64,000 bases of DNA from Sphaerodactylus townsendi. Taxonomy: Eukaryota. Each line of letters begins with the position of its first letter. Position 1 is the stretch's first letter. Both the position numbers and the translations under genes were made by a program. The stretch spans positions 36,332,001-36,396,000 of the forward strand of contig NC_059432.1 in the NCBI RefSeq assembly GCF_021028975.2, given 5' to 3'. Shown piece by piece: positions 13,482 to 25,800 of the stretch. The notes beneath the pieces are model-generated. The model searched no databases. It had not been told where the DNA came from and worked only from the letters and a program-made list of their open reading frames with translations.

Positions 13482-14240
13482 CATAGAATCATAAGATTTA
13501 TTTTGCTTGGTCAGGCCTAAGGTTCATCAGCTGGTCTAAATGGACCTAAATGGACCAACAAAATAAATCTTAGACCAGCTGTTGATTTTTCAGCAGTGTC
13601 CAGTCCAGTGTATTTGAAAACACACACTAAATGATATTAAACTAGTAGATACCCGCTGGTTTGCCCCCAACATCTGGCATCTCAGAGATATGCTGCCTCA
13701 AAATACAAAAGGCCATTTAATTATCAAGATTGAGAGGCACCAACGGACCTATCTTTCATGAGTTCCCCCAGTCCTTTTAGAAAGGCTACCTGACCTAGTA
13801 GTCCATATTACGTCTTGTAGTGCCAGACCCCATGAGCATGTCCTATGGAACTAATTTGTTATTTGGAGACCCTATGTCTTCCATATCTTCTTTCCTTTCA
13901 GTATCATAATTTTATAACCCTAAATAATATTGACTTTTCCCCTAAACTAAAACTTTACAACCTCCCCAGTTTTCCCTTATAGAGAAGATATTTCACCCTC
14001 TTGAATAATTTAGCTGCTATTTTCTGTATTCTTTTCAGTATAATATAATACCATTTTGACATGATACAACCCCTACTGAAATGAGGCAATTGAAAGACAT
14101 AATATTCCAAAATGTAGTTTCATCACAGATATTTATTTTAATGCTTGGTTTATTTTTTTACTCTTGTAAAATAATTCTTAACAAGGAGTTAGACATTTGT
14201 TGTAATACAGATTGAGGAGCTGTTCAGCGAGATGTTAGGT
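13482..14240 (-). mobile_element. Old CR1-like fragment (boundaries approximate)
   Basis: Starts CATAGAATCATAAGA (reverse complement of the CR1 tail); decayed CR1-like sequence follows. Confidence 0.45.
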
Positions 14241-14789
14241 AGGATACCAAGACCATAATCTCAAATAACACAAAGAAAAGCAGAGCAAAACCCTACACAA
14301 ACTATGCCTTTTAAAATGGCATTGCGAAGTCTAGACAAAGAAATTATATAATTGATAGTTTCAGAAGACAGCCATAAAATAAAATGGAATATTAAAATCC
14401 AGGCCTTTAAATATGCAAACTACAATCCCAAGTTTATCTAATAAAATTGGAGGTCTGTGTAATTGTTGCTAAATGCATGGAAAAACAAGCTTAGCATTCC
14501 ATGGTAATGAAAAATTACTATAATTGCTAAATCAAAACAAAATTTTACTCCTCCATTAGTCTCCTATTTCCCCTTTCTGCCTTCTCCATTAACTGCCACT
14601 GCTTCAAAGACAGTGAATATGGTCATGAAGGAAGGGGACCATTCCCATAATAGGAAAAAGCAAAAGCAAAAAAACCCAAACTTGTATAATAGCAACAAAA
14701 TACATGTTTTTGAAACAAAATGAGAAAACAATTTTTGCACACTTTCAGTACAAACAAAGCCTGCTTATGTTCTTAGACGGGACACTGGA

Positions 14790-15005
14790 ACACCTCTGCA
14801 CCGAATGTGTACACCGACCTCAAACAACTGACGGTCAACTTAGAAGCAGTCTCAAAACAATTAGTTTATATAATACCTTGGATCAAAACAAGATTCATGA
14901 TTCTTGTTTTGATCCAAAGTATTATATAAACTAATTGTTTTGAGACTGTTTCTAAGTTGACCCTCAATTGTTTGAGGTCGGTGTACACATTCGGTGCAGA
15001 GGTGT
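14790..15005. repeat. 216-bp near-perfect palindrome without spacer
   Basis: 108-bp arms with 5 mismatches, centred on TCA|TGA at 14897/14898. Confidence 0.97.
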
Positions 15006-16799
15006 CTCAGGTTCGCTCTAGGTGCACTCACTCCCCTTTTGGCTGATACGTTAGATGCGACACAGCAAAACAATCAGCCATCATGGTACAAAACCACAGA
15101 AGCCAATGACAGTTTTTCAGAAATTTAGAAGAGTTACATCCAACTGATTTGGGGATTCAGAAAGTAGAAATAACTGATTCAGACAGGGAGACAGTACATC
15201 ACACATTTATGTTTATAATGGAGACTGTCATGGGACAAATGTAATTTTTATATACCACCTCTGTAGCGGTAGCTATGCTCCTCATTTCTTGCTGAGTTTG
15301 CAAGTTGACTGAGAGTTCACACATTTTTAAACTGAAAATGAACTCTAACGCTTCGATCTACCTTGATTTTCGATAGCTGAAGAAGTTACAGGAAAAAATC
15401 AACTAAATGCTTTTCAACAGAAGTGAAGAGTTTGAGATTGGCCTCCTTATTCTGCTATGTATTTTTGCTATATATTTTCCTCTGCTTATTTTGCATCTCA
15501 AATGCTCACTGGCTTATTTGCATTTGTGTTAGTTATCTCATGTTTAGTTAGAACCAATCAGATATCTAGATATAACCACAAGACAGTAATAGATCAGATT
15601 TAGAGAAAGGTGTTGGTTGTTTTTTTTTTTGTATAAATATGAATTCTTGTGACAAGCAAATCCAATTTATCTGGCTGGAACTCTGAGAAGAATAAGTGAG
15701 ATCATTATCCACCTTGAATATGATTATAGAAAAGTGGAATATAAATAAATAGGTGAGATTTGGGGGGTAAATTGGGGGTTAATTGGTAAAATTCATAAAA
15801 GCAGTGAGACAAAAAGTTGAAACCTAATTAAAAAACTATTACTTGCTATGATTACGTAATGCTAGGGACTATTAATTTTGGCATTTATCTTCACAGTGAA
15901 AGAAGGGTTAAGTTTTAATGCCTATATTTTTTCTGTCTTGCTCAATAAAAAGAATTTTCTATTTTTTCAATATTTATTTGGCTTATATAAAGCTCTCCCT
16001 GCAAATGGGATCAGAGTGGTGAACAACCATAAATATACAATTAAAAGAAGGTTTGAACAATTTCTAAAATGGCAGCCTTCTAAGTACATTTCAACAAGGG
16101 TTGGGATGACAGCATTGCTTCCAAAATCATCAATAATCAGCAACCATCAAAACTAAAAACACCAAACAAGAAGCAACAAAAGCAAACAAAACTTAAAAGA
16201 TGAAATTTGGAAAAAGGTGAAAAAAGAAGAGGCCAGCTTGAGATGGAAATACAGGTGTTCTGTCTGGTTAACAGTTCAGAGGAACAAACCCTATCCCCTA
16301 AATTTCTGTATTATCAGAGTTAAATCTCCTTTAAACCCTTTAAATGAGAGTTGTAAATCTCTTATAATATGATAAATCTTGGAGAACTGCTAATCAGTTT
16401 TGCCCAGGCAAAGTCTGGAAAATTATTAATATACATCTTCTCATAGGATGGGAGAGGAAACTTCTTAGTACGCTCCGAGACATCTTTCACATCAACAATG
16501 AAACCTCAACAAATATCTCTCAGATTAAACTCTGAAGAACATACTGGATATAGTTAATATTTATTATTATGGCTTGTAAAAGGTCTCTGAAATCCAAATA
16601 GTCAAACTATAAAGTCATGCTCATTCTATACCCCTCCTGCAAATTGTGAACCCATCACAATTTTAGGTGATATAATTGAGTCCTGCTCATCACTCCTACT
16701 GGTCACAGAGCTTTTGGGATCCTAGCTCATGAATCAAATACTTGGCAATGATTAAATGTGATACAAGTCTAAATAACAGAAGTATCAGAAACATCTTAC

Positions 16800-16873
16800 T
16801 TGTCTGAGGTCAATGAATGCTAATTGTAAGGTTTCTCCTTGGAATCCAGGTACTGGCTCAGAACTTGCAAACA
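16800..16873 (-). CDS. EXOC6: EXOC6 exon (~20), 74 nt, (L)FASSEPVPGFQGETLQLAFIDLRQ
   Basis: tttaacag|TGTTTGCA...AGACAA|gtaaga. Confidence 0.96.
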
Positions 16874-19800
16874 CTGTTAAACAAACAAATAGTAACAAGT
16901 CATTTTGAGTCAGAAGTCAAAAGTCTTGTCTGTTATTGTATAGATTATTAAAATGATTTAGGTTACTAGCACTTTCTAGAAAAAAAATTAATACCACAGA
17001 TTCACCGACACACATCCCAATGTTCTGGCATTGCATTGTGTATGCACAGAGGTCATGTGTCCCCAGGGTAGTATGTAATAACAACTTTGTGGAGGAAGGA
17101 ATTGTCTGAAGGCGAATGTTTATCCAACTATTTCAAACAATACCAGTTCCAAGGCTGTCACTTTGTTTCTTCAATTTTTTTTTCCAAGAACAAAACAAGA
17201 AAATCAGCTAGACGGTTGTCCTTTGTCTACTTCAACCGGGAGGGTAAGTTCTTTCCTTCTGGTGAGTTTTTCTTCACCAAAATTGACATTCTACTGATTC
17301 TTCTAAGTGAGAGTCTCCGTCTTGCAGTATAAGTGTGAGTTTCTGTCTTCACTAGCTTTGCCATCATTAATAAATAATAGTAATGATATCTTGGTCAGTG
17401 GTAAACAGAAACGGGGTAGGCCAATGACTCACTGGTTGGAAACCATTAAGAGGGACATGGGCCTGAACATCAACCAATTGAAAGAAGTTGTGGCAAACAG
17501 GGAAGAATGGAGGCAACTGGTTTACAGAGTATCCAAGAGTCGGACACTACTAAACCGATAAAGAAGAGAAGAGGGAATGATACCTTGTGGTTTGATAACA
17601 GGATTGAGATGACATAACTGCAGGTCTTCAGGAATGTAGGTTTCAGTTATCCAACTAATTTGAATTAAAAACATCCCCAATTTCTGAAACTTTAGGGCAG
17701 TTCTATTCTGAAGTATTCCCACAACCCTTCCCCTGTTGATCAGTCCCCGTCCTTGCAAAGGGGAACATTATATCAGGGATAAAATATCACCAGACCAGAA
17801 TCTTTTATGACCACTCCCTTAAATATACATATATTAATGGGGACTGCAGGGCTTGTCCACTGACTTCCTGAGGAGCTCACTCCAAATCTGGCTATAACCT
17901 GGATAAGGAACCTCATCAGGCTGAAAAATGATACTGCACACAAGAGATCATTCCCAGAGCTGAACTGCGTACAGAGAAGACTTTCAAACACAGCAGCTGT
18001 GTGAAATTATATATACTTTTGTCATTATATCGGCAAGTCTTTTAAATCCTTGGGCCTGCGTCCAGGTTAAATCTGGGGTTGGAAGCAAGAAACAACCCCT
18101 TAGTTTGTGGTCTGGGCTACAGTTTGTGAAAAAAGAAGAAAATGCCACAAAACTGGCATTTTCTTTTACATTCAGGTTCAAAAACAAGCATACAAGCATA
18201 CAAAAACAAGCATACAATTGGCCATGCTGGAAGGGGCTGATGGGAATTGTAGTCCATGAACTTCTGGAGAGCCTCAGGTTGCAGACCCCTGGTCTAAACA
18301 GCTAAATGAAAATAGAGAAGGAATATCAATCTACACCAGGGGTGTCCAACTCTGGCACTTCAGATGTTAATGGACTACAATTTCCATCAGCCCCTGCTTA
18401 TGGAAATTGTAGTCCATTAACATCTGAAGTGCCAGAGTTGGACACCCCTGGTCTACGTTTTTTAATGATTTTATGGCAATGGAATTCTAATCTCTGAAAC
18501 CTCCAGATTGTTAACTTGATTGCCCAGCGGTCTGGAGAAATGGGCAGCTGAAGCTCTTCATGGTATGGAGGTAACTAATACCCAATTAAGTTTCTATTAA
18601 AGGGGAGTGGTATTTTATTTCTCCGTGCAATTGGAAACCCTAATTGCCAAAGACGGAACACTGATAAAAATGCACATTGTTAATACTTAGTTCCTCAAAT
18701 ACTACAATGCTCAAGGATGGTATTTTCCAAGGTGACTAGTAAAGGCACAAATTATCTTTAGTTCACTGAATTGTTGGTTTTTCTCTAACTGGACATTTTC
18801 ATAATCTAAAACATAAATTTCTGTTCATGTTTCAATTAAACAGCAGATTATGTCAATGGACAACTAAGGAGGATAGGATTGTATCTGAGTGAATGACAGG
18901 TTTCTAAAGAAAGATTCCTGGCCTACAATTATCAACCCAAGTACCTACTGTGATATCTGTCAGTCAATCAGGCCTAAAAAGGGCACCTTAAATGAAATAA
19001 ACTGTATCTTTTCCTACCAGTTCCAGTGAGACATTTACATTGTAGAGCAACATTCTAACCAACAAAAGCAAGTCCGCCAACTTTAGTCTCATACTTACAT
19101 TCACACTGTATGACATCTAAATTAAACTGCTGAATCGCCCCCATGCTTATTTGTTTTAACTCATTATCCAGCAGCATCTGCATCAGGGAGGTTGAAAGAT
19201 GCTGGCAAGCGGACATGCAAGCAGTCTGTGCCACTTTCCCCTATCAAGAAAGGTAACAAGAATAAACAAGTACATAGGATCAGAATGTGTCATTGTTACC
19301 TACACTTACTAAGTTAAATGCAAAAAAAAATTGTTTTGAATGTTCCTATTACCAGCAATTAGTTTTGGTTTAGAACACAGCTTCCAAAGCAGTTGAACTT
19401 TAAAAAGTTTAGAAGGCTGTAACCCTGTTTCATATTGCACTATTAAACCTTTAAACCAATACCCAAACCCTTCTAAACAGCACAAATACAAAAGGTATCA
19501 TAAATACGTGTTATTTGTTACATTTGTAAATATGGCGCAAAAGCAATTTAAACTGACACATTACATACTTCAACGTCACAGAGCAGAAAACACATGCTTA
19601 TGGATTATCAACAACATGGACATTCTGAAACACTACATTCTACCTTCATATATTGGAACAATTCTACTACTTTTTGCCACTTCGATTTGAATCTATAAAC
19701 TTCTCTATTATCTGAGAGAACCACTCTAAAAATCACATTTTCCAAGTCATATGTAGCCCTCTGCTGTTCAAAATTCACTTACATGTCAATTACTATATTT

Positions 19801-22800
19801 TCACGTAATTTGTAATAGCAGTCAGTGTGAGTGATTATTCTAAAAACAGATCAAAGCCAGCTGTGAACATGCTAACATGCCAACCTGGGAACTGACTCCA
19901 CATTTACTCAGAAGTAAGTCCTATCATGTTCAAAAAGATTTAATCCAAGTAAGCATCCATACAACTGATACCTTAGGATCACTGCTCATTAATTCAAATT
20001 TAATTTGAACGAGAGATTTCTTTTGTAGCCAGATCTGATATTTTTGTAACAAGTTACCATTTCAAAGGAAACACATTAGAAAAAAGATGTTGCCATTAAT
20101 GCAGCTAATTCAAGAGTTAGAGCATTATAGCTGTTTTTATTTAGAAATAACATCTATTTAGAAATAACAATGGTATATATTCTTTGATACAATAAATATT
20201 AAACTTCAAAAGGAGAGGAAGGACTGTGCCAAAGGAGAGCAGATCCCAATATTCATTACATATGAAAGTTGCTGGGTACTTTTTGCAGGCAACACATTTT
20301 GCCCTCAACTGTGTTCAATTAAACCAGGGGCCTGCAACCTGTGGCTCTCCAGATGTTCATGAACTACAATTCCCATCAGCCCCTGCCAGCATGGCCAATT
20401 GGTCATGCTGGCAGGGGCTGATGGGAATTGTAGTTTATGAACATCAGGAGAGCCGCAGGTTGCAGACCCCTGAATTAAACCAAACATATTTACAGTCAGT
20501 CAGTACTACAGTCAGTACTACAAAATTCCTCCTGGTCCCCCCCTCCCCTCCAATGTCTACCTTGTATGTTGCAATATGTTCACATTTGTGAAAGGAAGTT
20601 CCATAGACCTATCTGATTAATGGGTATCTTGTAACAAAATTTTAAAAACTGTTCTGAAGCCAATGCATTTGACAGGAACAGAACAAGTGTCAACAAATAA
20701 GGCAAGAAACAAAGCACAGCCAGCATGCTCAGATGTCTCCCAAACCCACTGGTAATTACACTGGGAGACAGGCAAGGATATTCGCCAAACAGAACAATAT
20801 CAATATGAATGGGGAAAAGAAAGGAAAGAGGGAAGCGGGGAGGGGGGGAGAGAAGGGAGAACAAATCAATTAACTTAATTCAATTATAACGTAGCAGATT
20901 TAAGACACTTAATGGAAATGTCATTTTGATTTAATGGAACAACTGCATTTTGGTTTCATGCAGTGCTTCATCAAATCAGCTCCGTGTCCTATTTTTTGTG
21001 CCACTGTAATGTAATAACAGTAAGCAGATTAATTGAGTTCCCAAGATCAAAATGTTTTAAACGTCCAATTCCATCCCACATGTAAACATGTCGTAGACAG
21101 CACTGCTGTGCAATATTCCCTTTCACCTTATTCACCAAACCTATGCGTTCAAGCAGTTTAAAGCTGGCATATCAATAGGTCTGGAGCAAAAAGTAATGAT
21201 TACAACAGAGTCAATATGAAAGTGAATTTATCTGCCTCCTTTTGTTAGTTTTCATTCAAATACTTTACACGTTTGTTATAAGTGATTGTACAAATGCCGA
21301 CACCCTAAAATTCAACACAACTGCTTTCAACTATGCACTCCGACTGCAGGCTGATTGCTGTCAGGGCTCAGTCAAAGAAAAGCAAAAGGAAGGGAAAGAA
21401 ACAGAATCGTTTAAAGTCTCTGGTTTACATTTTAGAGCAGGGCGAAGAAGCAAGTCTGAGCTTTAAACTGCACCTGAAATTGTTCTTATTAAGCTTACTG
21501 TTACCAAAAGCTTTTCAAAGACATCCTTAACAAAATATACGCTTTTCCAAGCTGAAAGTGTACAAAACCCAATTTGTGCTTCATGCGATACCCATTCAAA
21601 TTCACATTCATCAGTAAAGCGCTGTTTATAGTGAGTCAAACGGTTTGTTACCACTGCTTCCTGTTTCTCTTAAATACATTTTTTTCAAGGGTGTGTAAGA
21701 ACACAACGATCATCTGTTAAAACAGTGAATTAAAATTGTTCTGCTGTTTCTAAAACCCTCTTTCACTATTGGCTAGCGCCAGAATACTGTTTAACTACAT
21801 CAGTTAAACATCAATTAAACTGGGTAAAACCAGTTTTGTTAAATTCGTCTGAAGTACTTTACACCTACTAACAATTTTTGCCTTCGTTTGTCAAATTAAA
21901 CGCATCCATTCCAATACACGTATTTTGTATTCCAACTCGGCAAAGCTGAAGAAATAAGGATTCTTTTATACATATATAAAAAGGAACACCTGCTAGGAGT
22001 TAGGCATCTACATTTTACCCACCCTTCCACATTTGCTGAAATACAAGTTTGCAAAAAGAGAAAACCCTTAGACAAACTTCTTATATTTCAAAGGAGTTTG
22101 CAAAAGAGAATCTGCTGACATGTTAAATCCTTTCTGTAGTATCCAAAAGCTTTTCTCTTAAGAACAATTGCTGTAAAGAGACGTTTGGCTCCTAGGAAAT
22201 TCCCAAAGGGTCAGCCATATGCATCCTTCCACGGCACCTTCACGGTGCAGCTTTCTAGACCCATGCTAGCTGTCTCAAAAGCAGCTTTCNNNNNNNNNNN
22301 NNNNNNNNNNNNNNNNNNNNNNNNNNNNNNNNNNNNNNNNNNNNNNNNNNNNNNNNNNNNNNNNNNNNNNNNNNNNNNNNNNNNNNNNNNNNNNNNNNNN
22401 NNNNNNNNNNNNNNNNNNNNNNNNNNNNNNNNNNNNNNNNNNNNNNNNNNNNNNNNNNNNNNNNNNNNNNNNNNNNNNNNNNNNNGGCTGTGCCAATCAA
22501 GGACAGCATGAGACGGCATTTGGAAGAATCAGTAAGAAACCTCTTTCTTTAAGTAGCCTACGTGGGCTTTTGATTGACAGCTTCTGAATATCGCTTGCGG
22601 AACACTACCGCCTTTTATCCAATAGTTCCTCACTGCAAGCTGTGAAATACGGCTTTTACTGCCAATCACAGGAACAATAAGACAGCCCCCCAAGCAAACA
22701 GGAAACAACAAAAGTTGTCTGTTAGATTCAAAAGTCTAGTTTTATAATTGAACAATACTGAAGCATGAATTAAGTAGGTTTTATTTTAATACATTCAGTC

Positions 22801-25800
22801 CAAAATTTAACACATTTACTATCAGGCTGGTAGGTACCCTTTTATGTTAAGAATATTAATTTGATCAACTGCACTGCATTTCAACTTTCCATTAAACCCC
22901 TCAGAATGATCATCAACTGTTTTATATTGACCAATCAAAACATACTATGTCAATTTGTTTGCTGAAAACATTTGCAATGCTTCCTTCAGGTTTTTCCTCT
23001 ATGGAGACGGTTAAGTAAGATTTTCAGACTAACATCCAATTTCAGACTAATATCCAGTTTCCAGCTGCCTTGGTGGTGTTGACTGGGCAGAATAAAATCT
23101 TTTTAAACAAATGTAATAAGAACACTTTGCCAGTTAGTTAATTATTAGGGTACAGTGTGTATCAACATATCACAGGTAAATGCACCAACTCATACATTTT
23201 AAGTTCTGGATTAGAACAAAAAATTATTTCTAGGAGAATTTTTTATGAGTAATGAATATGATGGGTCTTAGAGTTTGTTTCCAGCCATACCCTTTCTTAA
23301 CGCAAAAATCTAATTTACCAACTACCTATTTCATGAGTGAGTGAGAAAGATTTTTCAAAATGTTCAAAATCTGTCCTGTAATATGCAAGAACAGGATTAT
23401 ATAGAAAATGATGATAATTCATTAATTCTTAAATCAATTTGTGGTATGCTTATTTCTGAAAAACTCCGCGATGAAAGCAAAAACATACTAAGAATTCCAC
23501 AGCAGACCCAGCACAAACTAAAAGGACCATAAGAACTATGCAGCCCTCAAAAGATAAATTGACTTTAACCTCTACTTGAGAAACTGGGTAAGAAGTCTGC
23601 ATATCTATTAGCAATTGTGGCATACAAGCTCCTTCTCAAATCACTTCTTTTTCCTCAGCGAAGAGCAATCTAATAATAGGTTGGATTCAATTATCCCTCT
23701 TCCATTAACCAAGAGAAAGTCCTTCCTCCAGCAGTAGGAATCTTTTTCTGACGAAAATGCCTAATTTAGAGGAAATAACTGAATGTAATTCAACATTTCT
23801 CCCCCTTTTTGCTACACGGTATTGCAGTGTGCATCTCCACACATACATTTAATCACCTCAGTCAAGGAAATTGAGCTTGTGAAGATCAATAAGTTAGAAG
23901 CTGGAATAGTGGCACCTTTTTGGTTATGTATATTCCATATATAAATTCTGGGACAGATAGCTGCCAGAGATCCCATTCCTAAGAAAGATAGTTTCAGGCT
24001 GGAAAGCATGTTCGTTTGTAGTAGCAGAACAAAATTCAAGTCCAGTAGCACCTTAGAGAACAACAAAATTTTCCAGGGTATAAGCTATTGTGAGTCAAAG
24101 CTCACTTTCACAGATTTCTGCTAAATGTTTACACCCTGGAAAATTTTGTTGGTCTCCAAAGCTTCTGCTGGACTCTAATTTTGTTCTTATGAATGTTGCT
24201 CTGCCCAATAAAATAACATCCCACTGAATGTATCAATTTATTAGGCAAAGTGTCAATAAAGCTGCTTCAGAGTTAAAAAAAAGACAAGTTAGTACCACAT
24301 GGTGGTCTTCAAACAACTAATCTGACATACCTGTATAAAGAACCTGTATAACAGAAGGAGAATAAGACCAAGCTTGGTCAATGTCTTTCCTCACTTTCAC
24401 TGAATCTATTTTGTTTCACATATGCCTGAAGCCCCTTCTCAACAGTGGTCCCTGCACTATGGAATGCCCTCCCACCAGAGGCCTGCCAAACACCAACTCT
24501 TTTGGAGTTTTGGTGCCAGGAGATGATCAGACTCTTAACTTGGATGTTTGGCTGATGCCCCCTACAGGGACAGAAGGTGGCACTGAGGTGTCTACTATAC
24601 TCCACCCATCTTTGGGGGAGGTTGGGGTGAGAGTTTTAGAACTTGGATTTTATCGGGCTTTTTACTATAACCTGCCCTGAGACCATTGTAAAAGGCAGGG
24701 AATAAATTGAAACAACAACAACTATATAGAAGATCATCAAATATCATGACTTGAAGATCGAGATTCAACATCTATGATACAAACCAACTGAGGTCGTCCT
24801 AGTGATAATCGGCACCCTGGCTGCCATTCCAAAAACACTAGGGCTGCACTTGAAACACCTTCAATTTGACAAAATCAACACCTATCAGATTTAAAAGGCA
24901 GCCCTGCTGGGATCCACACAAAAACTACATTGATATGTTACAACGTCCTAAGTCTCTGGGTGAGGTTTGAATTGTAATGGAAGGCCAACAACCAGCTAAA
25001 GAACTGGCAGATGTGAAAAATAAAATAAAATAATAATAAATAAATGAAATAATAATAAATAAAATTCAATAATAACAATAACAAATATGCAGGAAAATAA
25101 CTTGGTGCCGGAGGACATTTTCCTCATGGTCTCTATAAGCAGCAACACACATATACACTGAAAAGGTTCCAAGAGACAAAACCGCGAGTGAGATCCTGAT
25201 TAAATTTTCTATTGATAGAAGGGGGGGGGGGGCAAATCCCACTGCAAGCCTCTGGTTCACCACCACTTATGCTTTTCCTGTGGTCTCCTATTCCTTAGAA
25301 ACTGCATTCCAGGGTGAGCCATGTGCTGATATAGGAAGGGAATTCTGCCCTATTAATACCTCCCATTAACAATATCAGTATTGGGATCCAACTGAATGAT
25401 TTTTCCTTCCGCCGTACAAACAGTATGATATGGAACTGTAAAATATAATCTTTGGTTCCCCCAGATGCAAGGCTTCAAAACACATAAATATGCTTATTCC
25501 AGTCACTAAAAAGAAAAAAAAACACAGCAAATTTTCACTGAGCTAAACACAAGTGTGTGCTTTACTTTGTAAGTTTTTAAGACTTCTGCAAGCCTCATAT
25601 GTTTGTGTTCATATTGTAAGGTTTCAATTAGTCTTTAATAACAAATGAAAAAATGAGCTTAAGAACACAACATTTGTCAAATTTGAAGCCCCCATGATAA
25701 GCAGCTTTTGGGCAGTCATTCATTTTTACTTTCTGTCTACATAAACTGTATGTTCTTTGCAAAAGCCTTTCACTTTTCTTCTGAACTGTTTGTCAGTAAA

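Noticed and set aside
14704-15073. Two near-identical ORFs on opposite strands
   Set aside because: A direct consequence of the DNA palindrome
1-16799. Final EXOC6 exons (LLDLF..WDWSTYLADYG)
   Set aside because: Not found on manual scan; presumably beyond the left edge of the window
22185-22519. ORFs with long X runs (also 42667-43088)
   Set aside because: Artefacts of reading through N gaps
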